Source of the DNA: the human T2T-CHM13v2.0 reference genome, Homo sapiens
NCBI RefSeq assembly: GCF_009914755.1
Contig: NC_060926.1
DNA: 64,000 nt
Reading direction: 5' to 3' (one strand)
The notes beneath the pieces are model-generated. The model ran no database searches. It had not been told where the DNA came from and saw only the letters and a list, made by a program, of their open reading frames with translations. Position numbers and translations under genes: made by a program. Shown piece after piece: positions 39,379 to 53,008 of this stretch (its first letter is position 1; each line of letters opens with the position of its first letter).

Positions 39379-40704
39379 GGATGTTTTCTGCTTGTGTTGT
39401 CCTTCTCTTCTGGCTTCTGTTGACTTCTTTTTGAGGTGCAGCTGATTTTGTCTCCTCTTTGGGAGTTAGCTTCAGCTACCAAGGTGTCTTTGGTTGGTGT
39501 GTCTTGTGATTGTCAGCTGGGTGTGGCTGCCCCTAGGTTTAGCATCCTCTGCTTTGCCTCTTGCTGCCGTAGACCCTCTGGGGCTTAGCCAGGAACTTCT
39601 ACTGGAAACTGGCTTTATGTGGCCTACTTCCCAGCTTCTGCTATAGGATTCTCTTGCCACACACCAGGCAACTTCTTAGCAAATACTCTTACTTTTCAGC
39701 TCCCTTCTTCCATGTCTACCACAGGGCTATTTGGGAGCTTCTAGATGTCCCCAGGCCAGGTATATCTCTGGGAACAAGAGAAGGTTATTTTTGGCCCATC
39801 TGCTTGGCATTTCTCTCTGAAAATGATGTTCTAGGGCTCCTGAACTCCAGGGGCCATGCGTGTGTGCATGTGGAGCACAGGAGGGTAGGACACATTAAAG
39901 CACCAGCCTAAGTAGTTTTGTATTCTTCCTCAACCTATCTGGAATTTTTGTCTTCTTGCTCTCTTTCTTCCAGGGCCATCCCCCGGTAGGTGAGGAGATA
40001 GATGGGTAGAAAGTCTTGCCCCTTCTTCTGTTCAACAGGAGTTGCCCCCACATCCCATCCTCTGTCCTCTCTACACAGTAACTCATAGTAAAACTCTGTG
40101 CTTAGTCCCCTGGGCTTTGTTCTTAATATGTGCAAAGATAATTTTTGAATAGAAATAACATATTTTTCTCTTTCAACAAAACTCACTTCTAAGACAATAG
40201 TTTCTCTCTGACTTGAGAAATCCAATATAAAACACAAGGTAAAAAAAAAAAGAGTTCTTGGTTCAGGGTTGTGCCTCTTCTTTCCCTGAAACAACAAAGG
40301 CCATTGATTCAGTGGGCAGAGAGCTGCAGGGCAACATGATTTATGGGTAATGAAAAATACATTAGTGTAATAATTTCAAAAATATGGTAGAAAGAGTTGG
40401 GAACTTCTGGATTAGAAGAAATGGATCAAATGAGGCTGCTTACATGCTGGGGTGGCTGACTCAAAGGAAAATGTAGCTGGATCGCCACAGCTGGATATCC
40501 TTGGGTTATGTGGTTGCCTTTCTCAGCCTCACTGAGCAGGGTCAGAAGACGTGAGTCACAAAACCAACTGCAGCAGGAAAGACAAACATGGCCTCTCATC
40601 TCATGGCGGCACAGAGGGGCAACAGAAGCTCCTGTGAGCTTGTGAATTCTTCTTGCTCAGAAATCCTTTTCTTCTGGTTTACATGGGGCTACCCCATGAG
40701 TCTT

Positions 40705-40925
40705 CAGGGGTCAGCAAACTTTCTATAAAGAGCCAGATGATAAATATTTTTGACCTTTCATGCTATGGGGTGTATGTCACAACTATTCACCTCTGCCACT
40801 GTGATGGGAAGGCAGACATAGATAATATATAATGGGAAAGTGGGCTGGAGTTTCAATAAAACTTTATTTAGAAAACCAGGCGGTGGGCCAGATTTGGCCT
40901 GAGGGTGGTAGTTTACTGATTCTTA
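40705..40925. mobile_element. MER58A hAT-Charlie MITE
   Basis: CAGGGGTCAGCAAACTTTC...CAATAAAACTTTATTT...GGGCCAGATTTGGCC...TAGTTTACTGA. Confidence 0.9.
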
Positions 40926-41417
40926 ATCTGGAATAAAGTGCTAGGTCAATGTAGAGAAAGAACTGCCTGAACTGACTCCTCTATCCTGTGTCTACCTGTT
41001 TGATCCCCTCCCTACCTCCCGTTCCCCCCACCACCCCATGCACATCTGCCTCCAATTGCACATACAGACCAGACCAGTTTTTTAACATTATTGTGACCCA
41101 GCCTTTGGCTTCACTCATCAAGTCTCCAGGATGGAGAAACAGAGGCCCTGAATTTTTTTTTTTAAAACACTTGTCAAGCTTAATGACTGTTATTTACAGA
41201 GGTAGTTTAAATTTTTTTTATTGTATTATTATCTTTTGCCCCTGGGAAATTTCCAGATTGGCTCACATTTTGATTTCCAGGCTTTCTGGGCAGGGCTGGA
41301 TGCTCAAGAGGTCAATATGCTGATGAGTAGGGAAGACAAAAGGGCCAAGTGAGCAGATGCTCCTAACTGACCACAAACTGCAGCACAAGTAAGGCATTCC
41401 GCCTCTATTTGAGAGCA

Positions 41418-41918
41418 TATAGTAATTTTCTATGGTTGCCATAACACATTACCACACACTTAGTGGGTTGAAACAAGGCAAATATATTATCTTACAGTGC
41501 TGGAAGATAGAAGTCTGGCATAGGTTTCATGGAGCTAAAATCAAGATGTTGGTAAGGCTGTGATTCTTTCCAGAGGCTGTAGGAGAGGATCCATTTCTTT
41601 GCCTTTTCTGGCTTCTAGAGGCTGCCTACATTCCTTGGTTCATAGCCTCCACCTCCATCTTCAGAGCCAGGAACATTGTGTCTCTCTGACCATTCTTTCA
41701 ATAGTCCTGTCTCTCTCTGACTACAGCTGGGAAAGTTTTCAAAGATTCAGATGATTAGATTGGGCTCGCTTGAATAATCCAGGATAATCTCGCTATCTCA
41801 GCATCCTTAACCTTAATCCCATCTGTAAAGTCTCTTTTGTCATGTAATATAACATATTCACAGCTTCCAGGGATTAAGACAAGGAGATCTTTGGGGCACC
41901 ATTATTTTGCCCACCACA
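41418..41918 (-). mobile_element. MaLR solo LTR (MLT1C-like)
   Basis: TTCTAGAGGCTGCCTACATTCCTTGG, ATAATCCAGGATAATCTC; perfect 5-bp TSD GAGCA at 41413-41417 and 41919-41923. Confidence 0.92.
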
Positions 41919-42522
41919 GAGCAGGATCCTGCCTTGTGTTTTTCTCATAGATACTTTCTGGGCACATAGAGGTGCTGAATAAATTACTTGCATTTACTGG
42001 GATCTAAGCCCCTAGGCTAAGGGGAGCTGTTGAGGAGAAGCCCCAGTCTGCTGCGTGAGGAGGGCATGGCCTTCCTTGGGGAAGGGAGGCTGAGTGGTGT
42101 AGGACAAGCACTGAGCTCACAGGCTAAGGACTTGGGCTCTTGTCCCAACTCTGCTGCACATCTCACTTGCTATCTCTGGTCCCTCGTGTAATCTTCTATA
42201 GCATGAGGAATGTAGATTAGGCAGTGGTTTTCCAAAGCTTTTTAAGCACCAGGGGCCTTTCTTCAAGTCAAGCCTATAGAATTCCAGGTCAGAGTGGAGC
42301 TATAGTGTTTGAAGAAGGGCTAAGGCCCAGAGCCTTCCCTGCAGGCCTTTCCCAAGAGCTGCCTGGCAGCTGCAGAGATACAGTTTCTTTCCAGGTCTCC
42401 TGGAACGCTATTTGGAGATCGCTGGACTAGATCAGGGTTGGCTAATTGCAGCCAGCAGGCTAAATCAGGTCTGAGGCCTGGTGTTGTTTGATTCCTGAAC
42501 TAATAATTCTATACATATATAT

Positions 42523-42775
42523 AGTTTATTATGGTAAAATACATGTAACAAAAATTTACCATCTTAACCATTTTTAAGTGTGCAGTTTAGTGACATTACA
42601 TACATTTACTTTGCTGTGTATCCATCACCACCATCCATCTCCAGAACTCTTTTCATGTTGCCTAAGACTCTGCATCCATTAAATAATAATTCTCTATTTC
42701 TCCTTTCCCCAGTCCCTGGAAACCACCATTCTATTTTCTGTCTCTGTGAATTTGACAGAACTGAGACCTCCTATG
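42523..42775 (-). mobile_element. L1MB 3' end
   Basis: AAAATTTACCATCTTAACCATTTTTAAGTGTGCAG...AACCACCATTCTATTTTCTGTCTCTGTGAATTTGAC. Confidence 0.9.
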
Positions 42776-42789
42776 TGTGTATGAAATTA

Positions 42790-43200
42790 CACCCAGCACA
42801 ATGTGTCCTAAGGAAATAGTGGAGGCTGTGCACTACGGTGGCAGTATTGCTTATTTCAGATAAAAATTGGAATCAAAAGTCCAACAAAAGGAGATTCTTT
42901 GAATCATTTATGCTGTGTCTATAACATGGAATGCTACAAGGCTATTGAAAAGGCATCATAGATAAATATTTGTCCACATCAGAAGATGGATGTGATTTAT
43001 TAAGAAAGAAAAATAGATTGTAAAGCATATGTCTATATGTGGGTTTTTAAGTTGTTATATATTTGTTTTAATCAGTAGCTTTAATTAAAATATATACATA
43101 TAATTCAAAATAAGATATACATGAAAATATTAACATTGATTGGCCCTGGGTAGTGGGATCACGGTTGGTTTTCATTTTCTTTTTGCTGACTGAGTTCATT
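42790..43200 (+). mobile_element. Ancient L1ME 3' fragment
   Basis: AAAAATTGGAATCAAAAGTCCAACAAAAGGAG...ATGGAATGCTAC...AAATATTAACATTG. Confidence 0.5.
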
Positions 43201-43757
43201 TCTTTCTCTTGCAGACTTTGGGCCTTTCCTCTGGGTGGGGGCCTGCTAATCAGAGTTGGGAATCATCTTTCTTTTTTAAACCAAACCCATCAAGCATTTT
43301 CTTCATTTTCTACTTTTGGGTCCTTTAAAGTAGAACGAGGATGTTAAGTATCCTTTTTTTAAGACTTTTACAACATTTTTAAACAGTTGTTTAGCCTACC
43401 CCTAATTCCACAGAAACTACTTAAAGCAACTCATTTGACTGTATCATCTCAATGCAATTTAGTTTTCATAGAAACAACACTGTTTTGGTTCTCCTATTTC
43501 ATCATTTTTATGCATCAAGCAAATTGCATACTTATAATAGCAGGTACACTTGGCATAGACAATTCGGGCCCTTTGTGAGTAAAACTGGTAGAAGTGGAGG
43601 TGCTCAGGAATGATAAGAGCAGCCTACTAGCTATAGGCATTCAGTGTGTCCTGGCATTCATCTGTAGTTTTCAGAGAGGGAATGGGGAGCATTTATTGAC
43701 CTAATGAGTTGGTTAAATGACAGTCAGTTGAGAGAATTTCTACCACATATATTTTCT

Positions 43758-44503
43758 CTTTTTTTAATTATTATTATACTTAAAGTTCTAGGGTACATGT
43801 GCACAATGTGCAGGTTTGTTACATATGTATACATGTGCCATGTTGGTGTGCTGCACCCATTAACTTGTCATTTATATTAGGTATATCTCCTAATGCTATC
43901 CCTCCCTCCTCCCCCCACCCCATGACAGGCCCTGGTGTGTGATGTTCCCCTTCCTGTGTCCAAGTGTTCTCATTGTTCAATTCCCACCTATGAGTGAGAA
44001 CATGCGGTGTTTGGTTTTTTGTCCTTGTGATAGTTTGCTGAGAATGGTGGTTTCCAGCTTCATCCATGTCCCTACAAAGGACATGAACTTATCCTTTTTT
44101 ATGGCTGCAAACTCATCCTTTTTTATGGCTGCATAGTATTCCATGGTGTATATGTGCCACATTTTCTTAATCCAGTCTATCATTGATGGACATTTGGGTT
44201 GGTTCCAAGTCTTTGCTATTGTGAATAGTGCCACAATAAACATATGTGTGCATGTGTCTTTATAGCAGCATGATTTATAATCCTTTGGGTATATACCGAG
44301 TAATGGGATGGCTGGGTCAAATGGTATTTCTAGTTCTAGATCCTTGAGGAATCGCCACACTGTCTTCCACAATGGTTGAACTAGTTTACAGTCCCACCAA
44401 CAGTGTAAAAGTGTTCCTATTTCTCCACATCCTCTCTAGCACCTGTTATTTTCTGACTTTTTAGTGATCACCATTCTAACTGGTATGAGATGGTATCTCA
44501 TTG
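43758..44503 (-). mobile_element. 5'-truncated L1PA (about L1PA4/5)
   Basis: ORF 43977-44372 is the L1 ORF2 C-terminus (WKTVWRFLKDLELEIPFDPAIPLLGIYP); TSD TCTACCACATATATTTTCT at 43739-43757 and 44504-44522. Confidence 0.97.
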
Positions 44504-45527
44504 TCTACCACATATATTTTCTACCACATTGCCTTCATCATATCCTCCACTTCTGCTCAGATCTGCCACCCTCCCTAGGTGACCTGACTCTGCAGTTTGG
44601 GGAACTGATACCCTCAGGCTCATTTCTAATGCACGAGGGTCTCCTCTCCCAGTATGTAGAGGATCTCATGGCAGCCATACTCCTGAAGCTAAAATAAGGA
44701 GTACGACAAAGGATGAGCTTGTTTGGATAGACTCAGACTTTGGGTTTTTAAGGCCTATCACTCTTGATCCTACTGACTTTTTCCCAGCAGCCAATGTTAA
44801 GGACCCTGCATTTAGGTGCTGGATGCAGCCATTCCTGCCTGATCCCTGCTGCTATCTCATGGCCTCATGCAGCCTTGTTTTGCCTGGGTTTGCCTTTGAG
44901 TCTGGGTTTTCTACATAGGATACTACATAATAGGCCTTCAATAAATACTGACAGACTATGGTATGTCTGGGGTATTTCCAGAGTGACCTGCAGTTCCACT
45001 GATGATCGTGGAATAAAATCCCTTTCTTAATGTTTTAATTAGTTGTTTATGCATTATTATTATTATTATTTATTCCAGACTTCTTGGCACTTTATATCTT
45101 TCTGCCAGCTGGGTTGTTGACCTCTTCAAAACCAGCACTGTGATTACATTTTGTGGACCAGTTTATGAGTCAGTTGGCAGCTGATCAGTTCCTCACTGCC
45201 AAATTCACACATTTTCTTTGTTATCACTTGGATGACCCACTGAATTGGATCACATGGGGCTTCATAAACAGAATCTTACTAGGAATTCTAAGAGGAGTGG
45301 CTTTTGCATGAGAGAAAATATCTTGGGTTTGATCAGTGGAAACTGTGAATATAAATTCCAAAAATGCCAACACCTGTGTAAGGTTTAGGTGTTGCACTAT
45401 AAAAGGTCTTCAGTGTCCAGCTGGAATTCAGGGAATCAACCGAACAACTCCAGAGTTACTGATTATTTAGAGTTATATTATTTGTACTTACTCGTCTCCT
45501 TATAACTGCATATTGTTTCTTTTTCAG

Positions 45528-45563
45528 ATTGCTGAGTTGAGTAAATATTTCCTTCCATAAAGG
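45528..45563 (+). other. Candidate 36-nt micro-exon with stops in all frames
   Basis: Branch-like TATAAC, acceptor TTGTTTCTTTTTCAG|, donor AAG|GTAAAT. Confidence 0.2.
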
Positions 45564-46215
45564 TAAATAAGCATCTCAAGAGCAAGTTTCTACATTTTGT
45601 ATTTCCCTGTTTTATTTCTGTAAAATTGTGCAACCAAGAATTATGACCTACTGATATTAGAATAAAATTTGCAGAAGTTTGACTACATGAGCCAGATGGG
45701 TACTTACACCAGTGATTACTGAGCGTTCACCGGTTAACCAGGGCCTTGCTTGCTGCTTCTTAAGAGACAGGAACATTTGTGTTAAAATAATGTATTGCTA
45801 GGTGTGATTCCAAGATATCCTAATTTGTATCATCAGAGGTGTGACTTAGGAGTTTTTATTTGAAAGATGCCCTTCATGTGATTCTGAAGTGTTCTGTACT
45901 TGCTTGTTTTGGTGAAAATTGTTTAATTCATGTTGTAGTATGTTCTTGCATTGCTGTGAAGAAATACCTGAGGCTGGGTAATTTATATAAAAAAAGAGGT
46001 TTAATTGACTCACACTTCTGCAGGCTGTACAGGAACTGTAACAGCTTCTGCTTCTGGGGAGGCCTCAGGAAGCTTCCAATCATGGCAGAAGACAAAGGGG
46101 GAATGAAGTGTCCCACCTAAGGGGAGCAAGAGAGAAGCAGGAGGTGCTACACACTTCTAAACAACCAGATCTTGAGAGGGCTCTATCACGAAAACAGCAC
46201 CAAGGGAGTGGTGCT

Positions 46216-46517
46216 TGATATGGTTTTGCTGTGTCCCCACCCAAAATTTCATCCTGAATTGTAATCCAAATTGTAATCCCTACATGTTGGGGGAAGGACC
46301 CTGTGGGAGGTGATTAGATCATGGGGACGATTCCCATGCACTTCTCTTTTTTGCTGCCATGTGAAGAAGGATGTGTTTGCTTCCCCTTCTACCATGAGTG
46401 TAAGTTTCCTGAGGCCTCCCCAGCCATGTGGAACTGTGAGTCAATTAAACCTCTTTCCTTTATAAATTACCCAGTCTCAGGCAGTTCTTTATAGCAGCAT
46501 GAGAACATACTAATACA
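46216..46517 (+). mobile_element. THE1 solo LTR (internally deleted) nested in the MSTA 3'LTR
   Basis: TGATATGGTTTTGCTGTGTCCCCACCC...CTAATACA; TSD GTGCT/GTACT. Confidence 0.93.
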
Positions 46518-46970
46518 GTACTAAACCATTCATGAAGGATCCGCCCCCATGATCCAGTCATCTCCCATCAGGCCCCACTTCCAACACTGAGGATTACAAT
46601 TTGACAGGAGATTTGATGGGGACACAGATATAAACCGTATCATTCTGCCCCTGGCCCCTCAAATCTCTTGTCCTTCTCACATTGCAAAATACAGTCATGC
46701 CTTCCCCACAGTCCCCTGAAGTCATAACTCATTTAGAGCATTAACTCAAAAGTCCTAAATGTCTAAGTCTCATCTGAGACAAGGTTAGTTCCTTCCACCT
46801 ATGAGCCTGTAAAATCAGAACCAAGTTAGTTAGTTCTAAGATACAATGGGGGCATAAACATTGGATAAATATTCCCCTCCCAAAAGGGAGAAATTAGCCA
46901 AAAGAAAGGGGCGACAGGCCCCACAAAAGGGGGGCTGCCAACCCCACAGCAGGGCTATTATGAAATCTAA

Positions 46971-47299
<329 letters not shown>

Positions 47300-49399
47300 C
47301 AAAATAGTTTCTTTTGACTCTATGTCTTACATCCAGGGCACACTGGTGCAAGGAGTGAGCTCCCAAAGCCTTGGGCAGCTCCGCCCCTGTGGGCTTTTCA
47401 GGGTTCAGCCCCTATGGCTGCTCTCATTGGCTATTGTTGAGTGCCTGTGGCTTTTCCAGGCTGAAGGTACAAGCTGGTGATGGATCTATTATTCCAGGAT
47501 CTGGAGGACAGTGGCCCTCTTCTCAAGTTCTACTAGGCTGTGCCCCAGTGGGGACTCTGTGTGGGGGCTCCAACCCCATATTACCCCTGCACACTGCCCT
47601 AGTAGATGTCCTCCATGAGGGCTCCACCCCTGCCACAGGCTTCTGCCTAGACACCCAGGCTTTTCTATACATCTTCTGAAATCTAGGTGGAAGCTTCCAA
47701 GCCTCAACTCTTATACTCTGTGCACCTGCAGATGTAACATCATGTGGAAGCTGCCAAGGCTTATGGCTTGGACTCTCTGAAACAGCAGCCTGAACTGTAT
47801 TTGGGTCCCTTTGAGGCGTGGCTGGAGCTGGAGCAGCTGGGATGCAGGGACCAGTGTCCCAAGGCTATGCAAGGCAGCAGGGCCTTGGGCCTGGCCCATG
47901 AAATCAATCAGTCCTCCTAAGCTTCTGGGCCTGTGGTGAAAGGGGCTGTTGAAAATTTTTCTGAAATGCCTTTTCCTCACTGTCTTGGCTATTAGCACCT
48001 GGCTGTTTTTTACTTATGCAAATTTCTGCAGTCTGCTTGAATTTCTCCCCTGAAATTGGCCTTTTCTTTTTTACCACATGGCCAGGCTGCAAATATTCCA
48101 AACTTTTATGCTCTGCTTCCTCTTTAAATATAAGTTCCAACTTTAGGTCATTTCCTCACTCATGCATATGAGCCTAGGTTGTTAGAAGCAGTCAGGCTAT
48201 GTCTTGAATGCTTTGCTGCTTAGAAATCTCTTTTGCCAGCTACCCTAAATCATCACTCTCAAGTTCAAAGTTCCACAAATCCAGAGGGCAGGGGCGCAGT
48301 GCTGCCAAGTTCTTTGCTAAGGCATAACAAAAGTGACCTTTGCTTCAGTTCCCAATAAGTTTCTCATCTCCATCTGTGACCTCATCAGACTGGCCTTTTC
48401 TGTCCATATCACTATCAGCATTTTGGTCACAATCACTTAACCAGTCTGTAGGAAATTCCAAACTCTCCCTTATCTTCCTGTCTTCTTCTGAGTCCTCCAG
48501 ACTCTTCCAACCTCCACCTGTTACCCATTTCCAAAGTCGCTTCCACATTTTCAGGTATGTTTATGGCAATGCCCCACTCCTTGGTACCAATTTTCTGTAT
48601 TATTCCATTCTTGCATTGCTATTAAGAAATACCTAAGACTCAGTATTGTATAAGAAAGGTGGTTTAATTGGCTCACGGTTCCACAGGCTGTACCAGACAC
48701 ATAATGTTGGCATCTGCTTGGCTTCTGAGGAGCCCTCCAGAAACTTACAATCATGGTGGAAGGCAAAGGAGGAGAAAGGCATTTCATATTGGGGAGCGGG
48801 AGCAAGAGAGAGCAAGGGGAAGGTGTTACACACTTTTAAACAACCAGATCTTGTGAAAACGCTATCACAAGAACAGCATCAAGGGGACAGTACTAAACCG
48901 TTCATTGAGGATCCACCCCATGGTCCAATCATCTCGCACCAGGCCTCACCTGCAATATCGGGGATTGCAATTTGACATGAGATTTGGTGGGGACACAGAT
49001 CCAAATCATATCAATTCATATACATTTTTACTTTTTCTTCATTATCAAAATGTTCTAGTTTCCTTTTTGAGATCATTTTTTACTATATACAAATTTATTT
49101 AAAGTTATAGAGTTACTATGTAGTTGAAGACTAGAAACTATAAAATAAATTGAAATGGGCATGCTAAAGTGTCAGCTAGGTTTCCTTATTAGCTAAATAA
49201 GTTCTATTCACTACTGGTCTTTTAATACCCAAAATTCAAATTCATGAACAGCATCCTTGAGAATTACCAAATAGGTTGATAAGGAATAGTTGAAACTAAG
49301 ATTGTTAAATCCACAAATGCCAAATATTTGTATCATTATTTAGTTATATGTTCTGCCAGTTTCTTTTTTTTAAAAATATGAATCTATTGAGTTGTATAG

Positions 49400-49940
49400 A
49401 GATGACAATATGATTACAGAGTAGAACAAGTAGATGAGAATAATACTAGGTACTACACTGAGCCAACAGCTTCTTGAGGCATTAACTGATTTCCAATCTG
49501 TAAATGATATTCTTGTGAAAAAAACTGGAGAAATTGGAAGTGTGGGATTGTTCAGCTAGGCAGATGTATAGAAGGTAGAAGAATCTGAAAGATAGATGGC
49601 AGATCGATCAATACAATAAATGAAGCCTCCAGAGGCATACTGCAGAAATTTGACCAGACCTTCCCATGTTTTTGTATGAATTCCATATTTGAGCATGAAA
49701 CAAAACTAGAAAGACTAGCAAATATTTAAGATGATAGAATCTGGGACAAATGCTCTTAACAGGCTGGATCCAGGAGTTGAATGTTAAAAAAAATCACACT
49801 GATAGTAATAAAGGGAAAGTCCTACATTTACATTATCAAAGCCAACCAACCAACCAGCCAACCAACCGATCAACAAATGATATGAGCATGGAGTGTGGAG
49901 GAGTGGCTTAACAGAATTTCTTTTGGAAAGGATTTAGAAA
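49400..49940 (+). mobile_element. CR1/L3 LINE reverse-transcriptase fossil
   Basis: From 49688 translates FEHETKLERLANI*DDRI (cf. FADDTKL); later KGKVLHL (cf. KCKVLHL) and a KDL motif. Confidence 0.7.
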
Positions 49941-49949
49941 GGAAAGGAT

Positions 49950-51010
49950 TTAATTCACTCATTCATTCAGCCAATACTTATTCACCACTTCCTATGTGTC
50001 AGACACTATTCTAGAGGTGCATTCTCCAATAAGGGAGTCACTGTCGAACATTTGAAATGCTATAGAACATTTAAAATGTGGCTAGTTCAAATTGTAGGTG
50101 CTATAAGTATAAAATACATATTGCATTTCTGAGGCTTGATATGAAGAGAACATAGAATATATCATTTTTTAATAATTACATGTTGAATATATTGGCTATA
50201 ATAAAATAGTGAAATATATTTAATGTTTCTCTTTTTCTTTAATGTGCCTACTAGGAAATTTAAAATTGCATATGTAACTCACATTCTATTTCTATTGAGC
50301 AGTGCTCCTCTAGACTCTGAGTACACGTAATTGAATAAAACAGACAAGATTTCTGTCTTCTTTCATTCATTCAGCTAATATTTACTGAGCACCTATTATG
50401 TGCCAGGCACCATTCTTTTAGGGTGATATATTCCAACAGGAGGAAGATAAATCATAAAAAGTAGCCAAATAAATAAAAAAGATCTTTTCATTTAGTATGC
50501 AGTGAAGTGATAAAAATACAACAGAGTGGTTGTGGGGAGGGACAGTCATTTATATTGTGAGGTTGGGGAAAGCCTCACTGTTAAAGGTGCCATTTCAGCC
50601 GAGACCTGAGTCACCAAGGAGCCACACATTAAGAAAACTGGGGTGAGAGCCTTACACTCACAGGAAACACCAAGTACAAAGGTCCTAAGGTAGGAACAGT
50701 GACAGGGCCAGTAGTATGGGGGCATTACAAGCTGTATCAAGGAGTTTGGCTTTTATTTTAAGGCAATGTGAAGTCACTGGAGGCTATAAATCAGGTGAGT
50801 GACAGGATCAAATGTAAATTTTTATAAGATTATTCTGTTTAAAGCGGAAAAAGTAAAAGCAAGGGTGCCAGTAATTTAGGCAAGAAGTGATGGTGACCTG
50901 GAGTAGGATGACATTAATGAAGTTGGAAAGAACCCAAGGACTCAGTGTTTTGGGAGATAGGGGCACTGAGCTTTATTGAAGGTTTGATTTGGTGTGCGGG
51001 GAATGAAGGA
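49950..51010 (-). mobile_element. L2 fragments (split by MER33)
   Basis: TCATTCATTCAG...TATTTACTGAGCACCTATTATGTGCCAGGCAC; GTACAAAGGTCCTAAGGTAGGAA; AAGGAGTTTGGCTTTTATT. Confidence 0.8.
50016..50307. mobile_element. MER33-like hAT-Charlie MITE
   Basis: AAATGTGGCTAGTTCAAATTG...CTACTAGGAAATTTAAAATTGCATATGT...TTTCTATTGAGCAGTGCT; TCTAGA-containing flanks. Confidence 0.85.
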
Positions 51011-51361
51011 ATCAGGTGCAAATGCAGCATTCCTCAGAGTGTGGTGTCATTGCCAGAAACAAAGAAAAGCCACCCAACTCCAAAGGCCAATGTGATCTGA
51101 TGCTGTTCTGGTAGGGTTACCCTTCCCCAGGGTTGGGGACTTCATATCACACATAGGAGCAATAGCTAAAGAAGACATATTAACCAAGGGAGTGCATACC
51201 AAAGGATGCATGTGGGGCTCTGCATTTCATTTTTGGTGAGAACCCAAAGGAAGAAGGAGTAGGAAGGCAGATTTGGTCTTTTTCCCTATTGTTCAAATAT
51301 GATTGGGCTGACTCCTGGGTTGAGCTCTATGTCACAGGAGGCATTCAAACAAGAACCAGAT

Positions 51362-51688
51362 TAGAGGCCACCAACTGGAGGTCTGTGAGCTACATCTGGC
51401 TCATCAATTGTTTTCTTTGACTTTCACATTTCCCCCCCTCCTTAATTATTCAACAAACTGTCAGCCTTTCAACAACTTAGCTTAAGAATTCCAGGATTCT
51501 TTTTTCTGTTGAGCAGGAGGGAAGGTCTGATGGCTTCAGACCACCTTTCTGCACTGTACCCGTTGGTCAGGTGTGAGAAGCGTCCGTGCCCTGTCGGGGA
51601 GAAAAACCTTCTTCGGTTTTCCTCTGTTCTTGCCTGGTCCCATTCATTCTCTTGACCCTGTAGGCATTGAGTTTATGACTCCTAGACT
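51362..51688. mobile_element. MER102-like hAT-Charlie element
   Basis: CCACCAACTGGAGGTCTGTGAGCTACATCTGGC ... TGTAGGCATTGAGTTTATGACTCCT. Confidence 0.6.
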
Positions 51689-51859
51689 TTTTAGGAATGT
51701 CACAGAGGATATTCTAATTGTCTCTGGGAACTGGACAAGAAAGTCAGGATTTTTATTGCTAAAATTGAGATTTCTTATTTTCTTGACCGATACTACCAGA
51801 ACGGAAGCTTTCATTTACTCTAGGATCTTTCCTCTACCAGCCTGTTCTGGGGTCATGCA

Positions 51860-52480
51860 TGCTATGGTATGGATGGTGGCTTTGAATGCAGTCTTTGAAG
51901 TTAGCTTTATCTTAGTTCCAATCCCAACACCAGACAGTTACTATATGACCTCTGTGGGCCTTGTTATTACCATCTGTAAAATTGATTTAAACATTTTAGT
52001 GCCTCCCCCAGAGAGTTGCTGTGATTATTAAATGAAATAATGTATTTAAAAAACCTAGCTCATAGGCAGGGTAGTGGGGATGAGGGTGTGGGGATGGTTA
52101 ATGGGTACAAAAAAATAGAATGAACAAGACCTAGTATTTGCTAGCACAACAGGGTGACTATAGTCAAATAATTTTTATATTTTATCTTCAAAATAATTTT
52201 ATAGTCAAAAATAATTTAATTATACATTTAAAAGTAACTAAAGGAGTACATAATTGGATTGTTTATAACACAATGGATGAATGCTTGAGGGGATGAATGC
52301 CCCATTTACCCTGATGTGATTATTACACATTGCATGCCTGTATCAAAATATCTCATGTAACCCATAAATATATACACTTACTAGGTACCCACAGAAATTA
52401 AACATTTTTAAAAATCAAAAAATAAAAGACATAGCCCAAAGCAAGGCTCATAATGGGTACCCAGCAAACTCTATTATTAA
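51860..52480 (+). mobile_element. MIR interrupted by an L1MA 3' end (L1MA ~52063-52428)
   Basis: MIR core CATCTGTAAAAT...TTAAATGAAATAATG; L1MA GGATGGTTAATGGGTACAAAAAAATAG...CCCTGATGTGATTATTACACATTGCATGCCTGTATCAAAA; degenerate TSD AAACCTAGCTCA/AGACATAGCCCA. Confidence 0.88.
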
Positions 52481-52519
52481 ATACTTCTTGAGCATCTACT
52501 AGCTTCAGGCTTTTTGCAA

Positions 52520-52700
52520 AATTCTTAGAGTTGTCAGACTGTGAGGTGATCATTACAATTCTAGTTTAATCCTCTCATTTTACAGCTGAGGAAACTGAGG
52601 CCCCAAATGGTGAAATGTTTTGCTCAAGGCTACCAAGTTAGGATCTGATTGACAGAGACTTGGAATTTGAGCTTCTCTGTCGACAGTTGGATTCACTCTA
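52520..52700 (-). mobile_element. MIR (MIRc/MIR3-like)
   Basis: CCTCTCATTTTACAGCTGAGGAAACTGAGGCCC...TTGCTCAAGG. Confidence 0.8.
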
Positions 52701-52808
52701 TTGTTTGCCCATTCATTTCCTGGTCAACTTCTCCTTCAACCTCTCTTCCCACTGGATTCAACAAGTTTTTATTGAGTATCTAATACATTATTGGAGTCAG
52801 ATATAGAA

Positions 52809-53008
52809 CAGTGGTTCTCAATTGGAGGGTGAGTTATCCAGGAGACAGTTGGAAATGTCTAATGACGTATTTGTCACAACTGGGTGGGTACTACCAGTAT
52901 CTAATGGGTAGGTGCCAGGGATACTGCTAAACATCCTATAATGCTCAAGACAGCCCCCAGCAATTATCTGGCCCTAAAAGTCAATAGTGCTGAGGCTGAG
53001 AAACCCTG
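52809..53008. mobile_element. MER20 inserted in an L2 tail
   Basis: CAGTGGTTCTCAA...GAGAAACCCTG TIRs; 8-bp TSD ATATAGAA/ATATAGAG. Confidence 0.92.

Noticed and set aside
38750-39445. Overlapping 72-181 aa ORFs
   Set aside because: Stop-free tetranucleotide STR plus Alu
43977-44372. 131-aa ORF with real protein similarity
   Set aside because: It is the C-terminus of L1 ORF2p in a promoterless truncated copy, not a host gene (the same applies to 25613-25954 and 60364-60612)
51573-52031. 152-aa ORF
   Set aside because: Non-ATG start; overlaps MER102-like and MIR sequence
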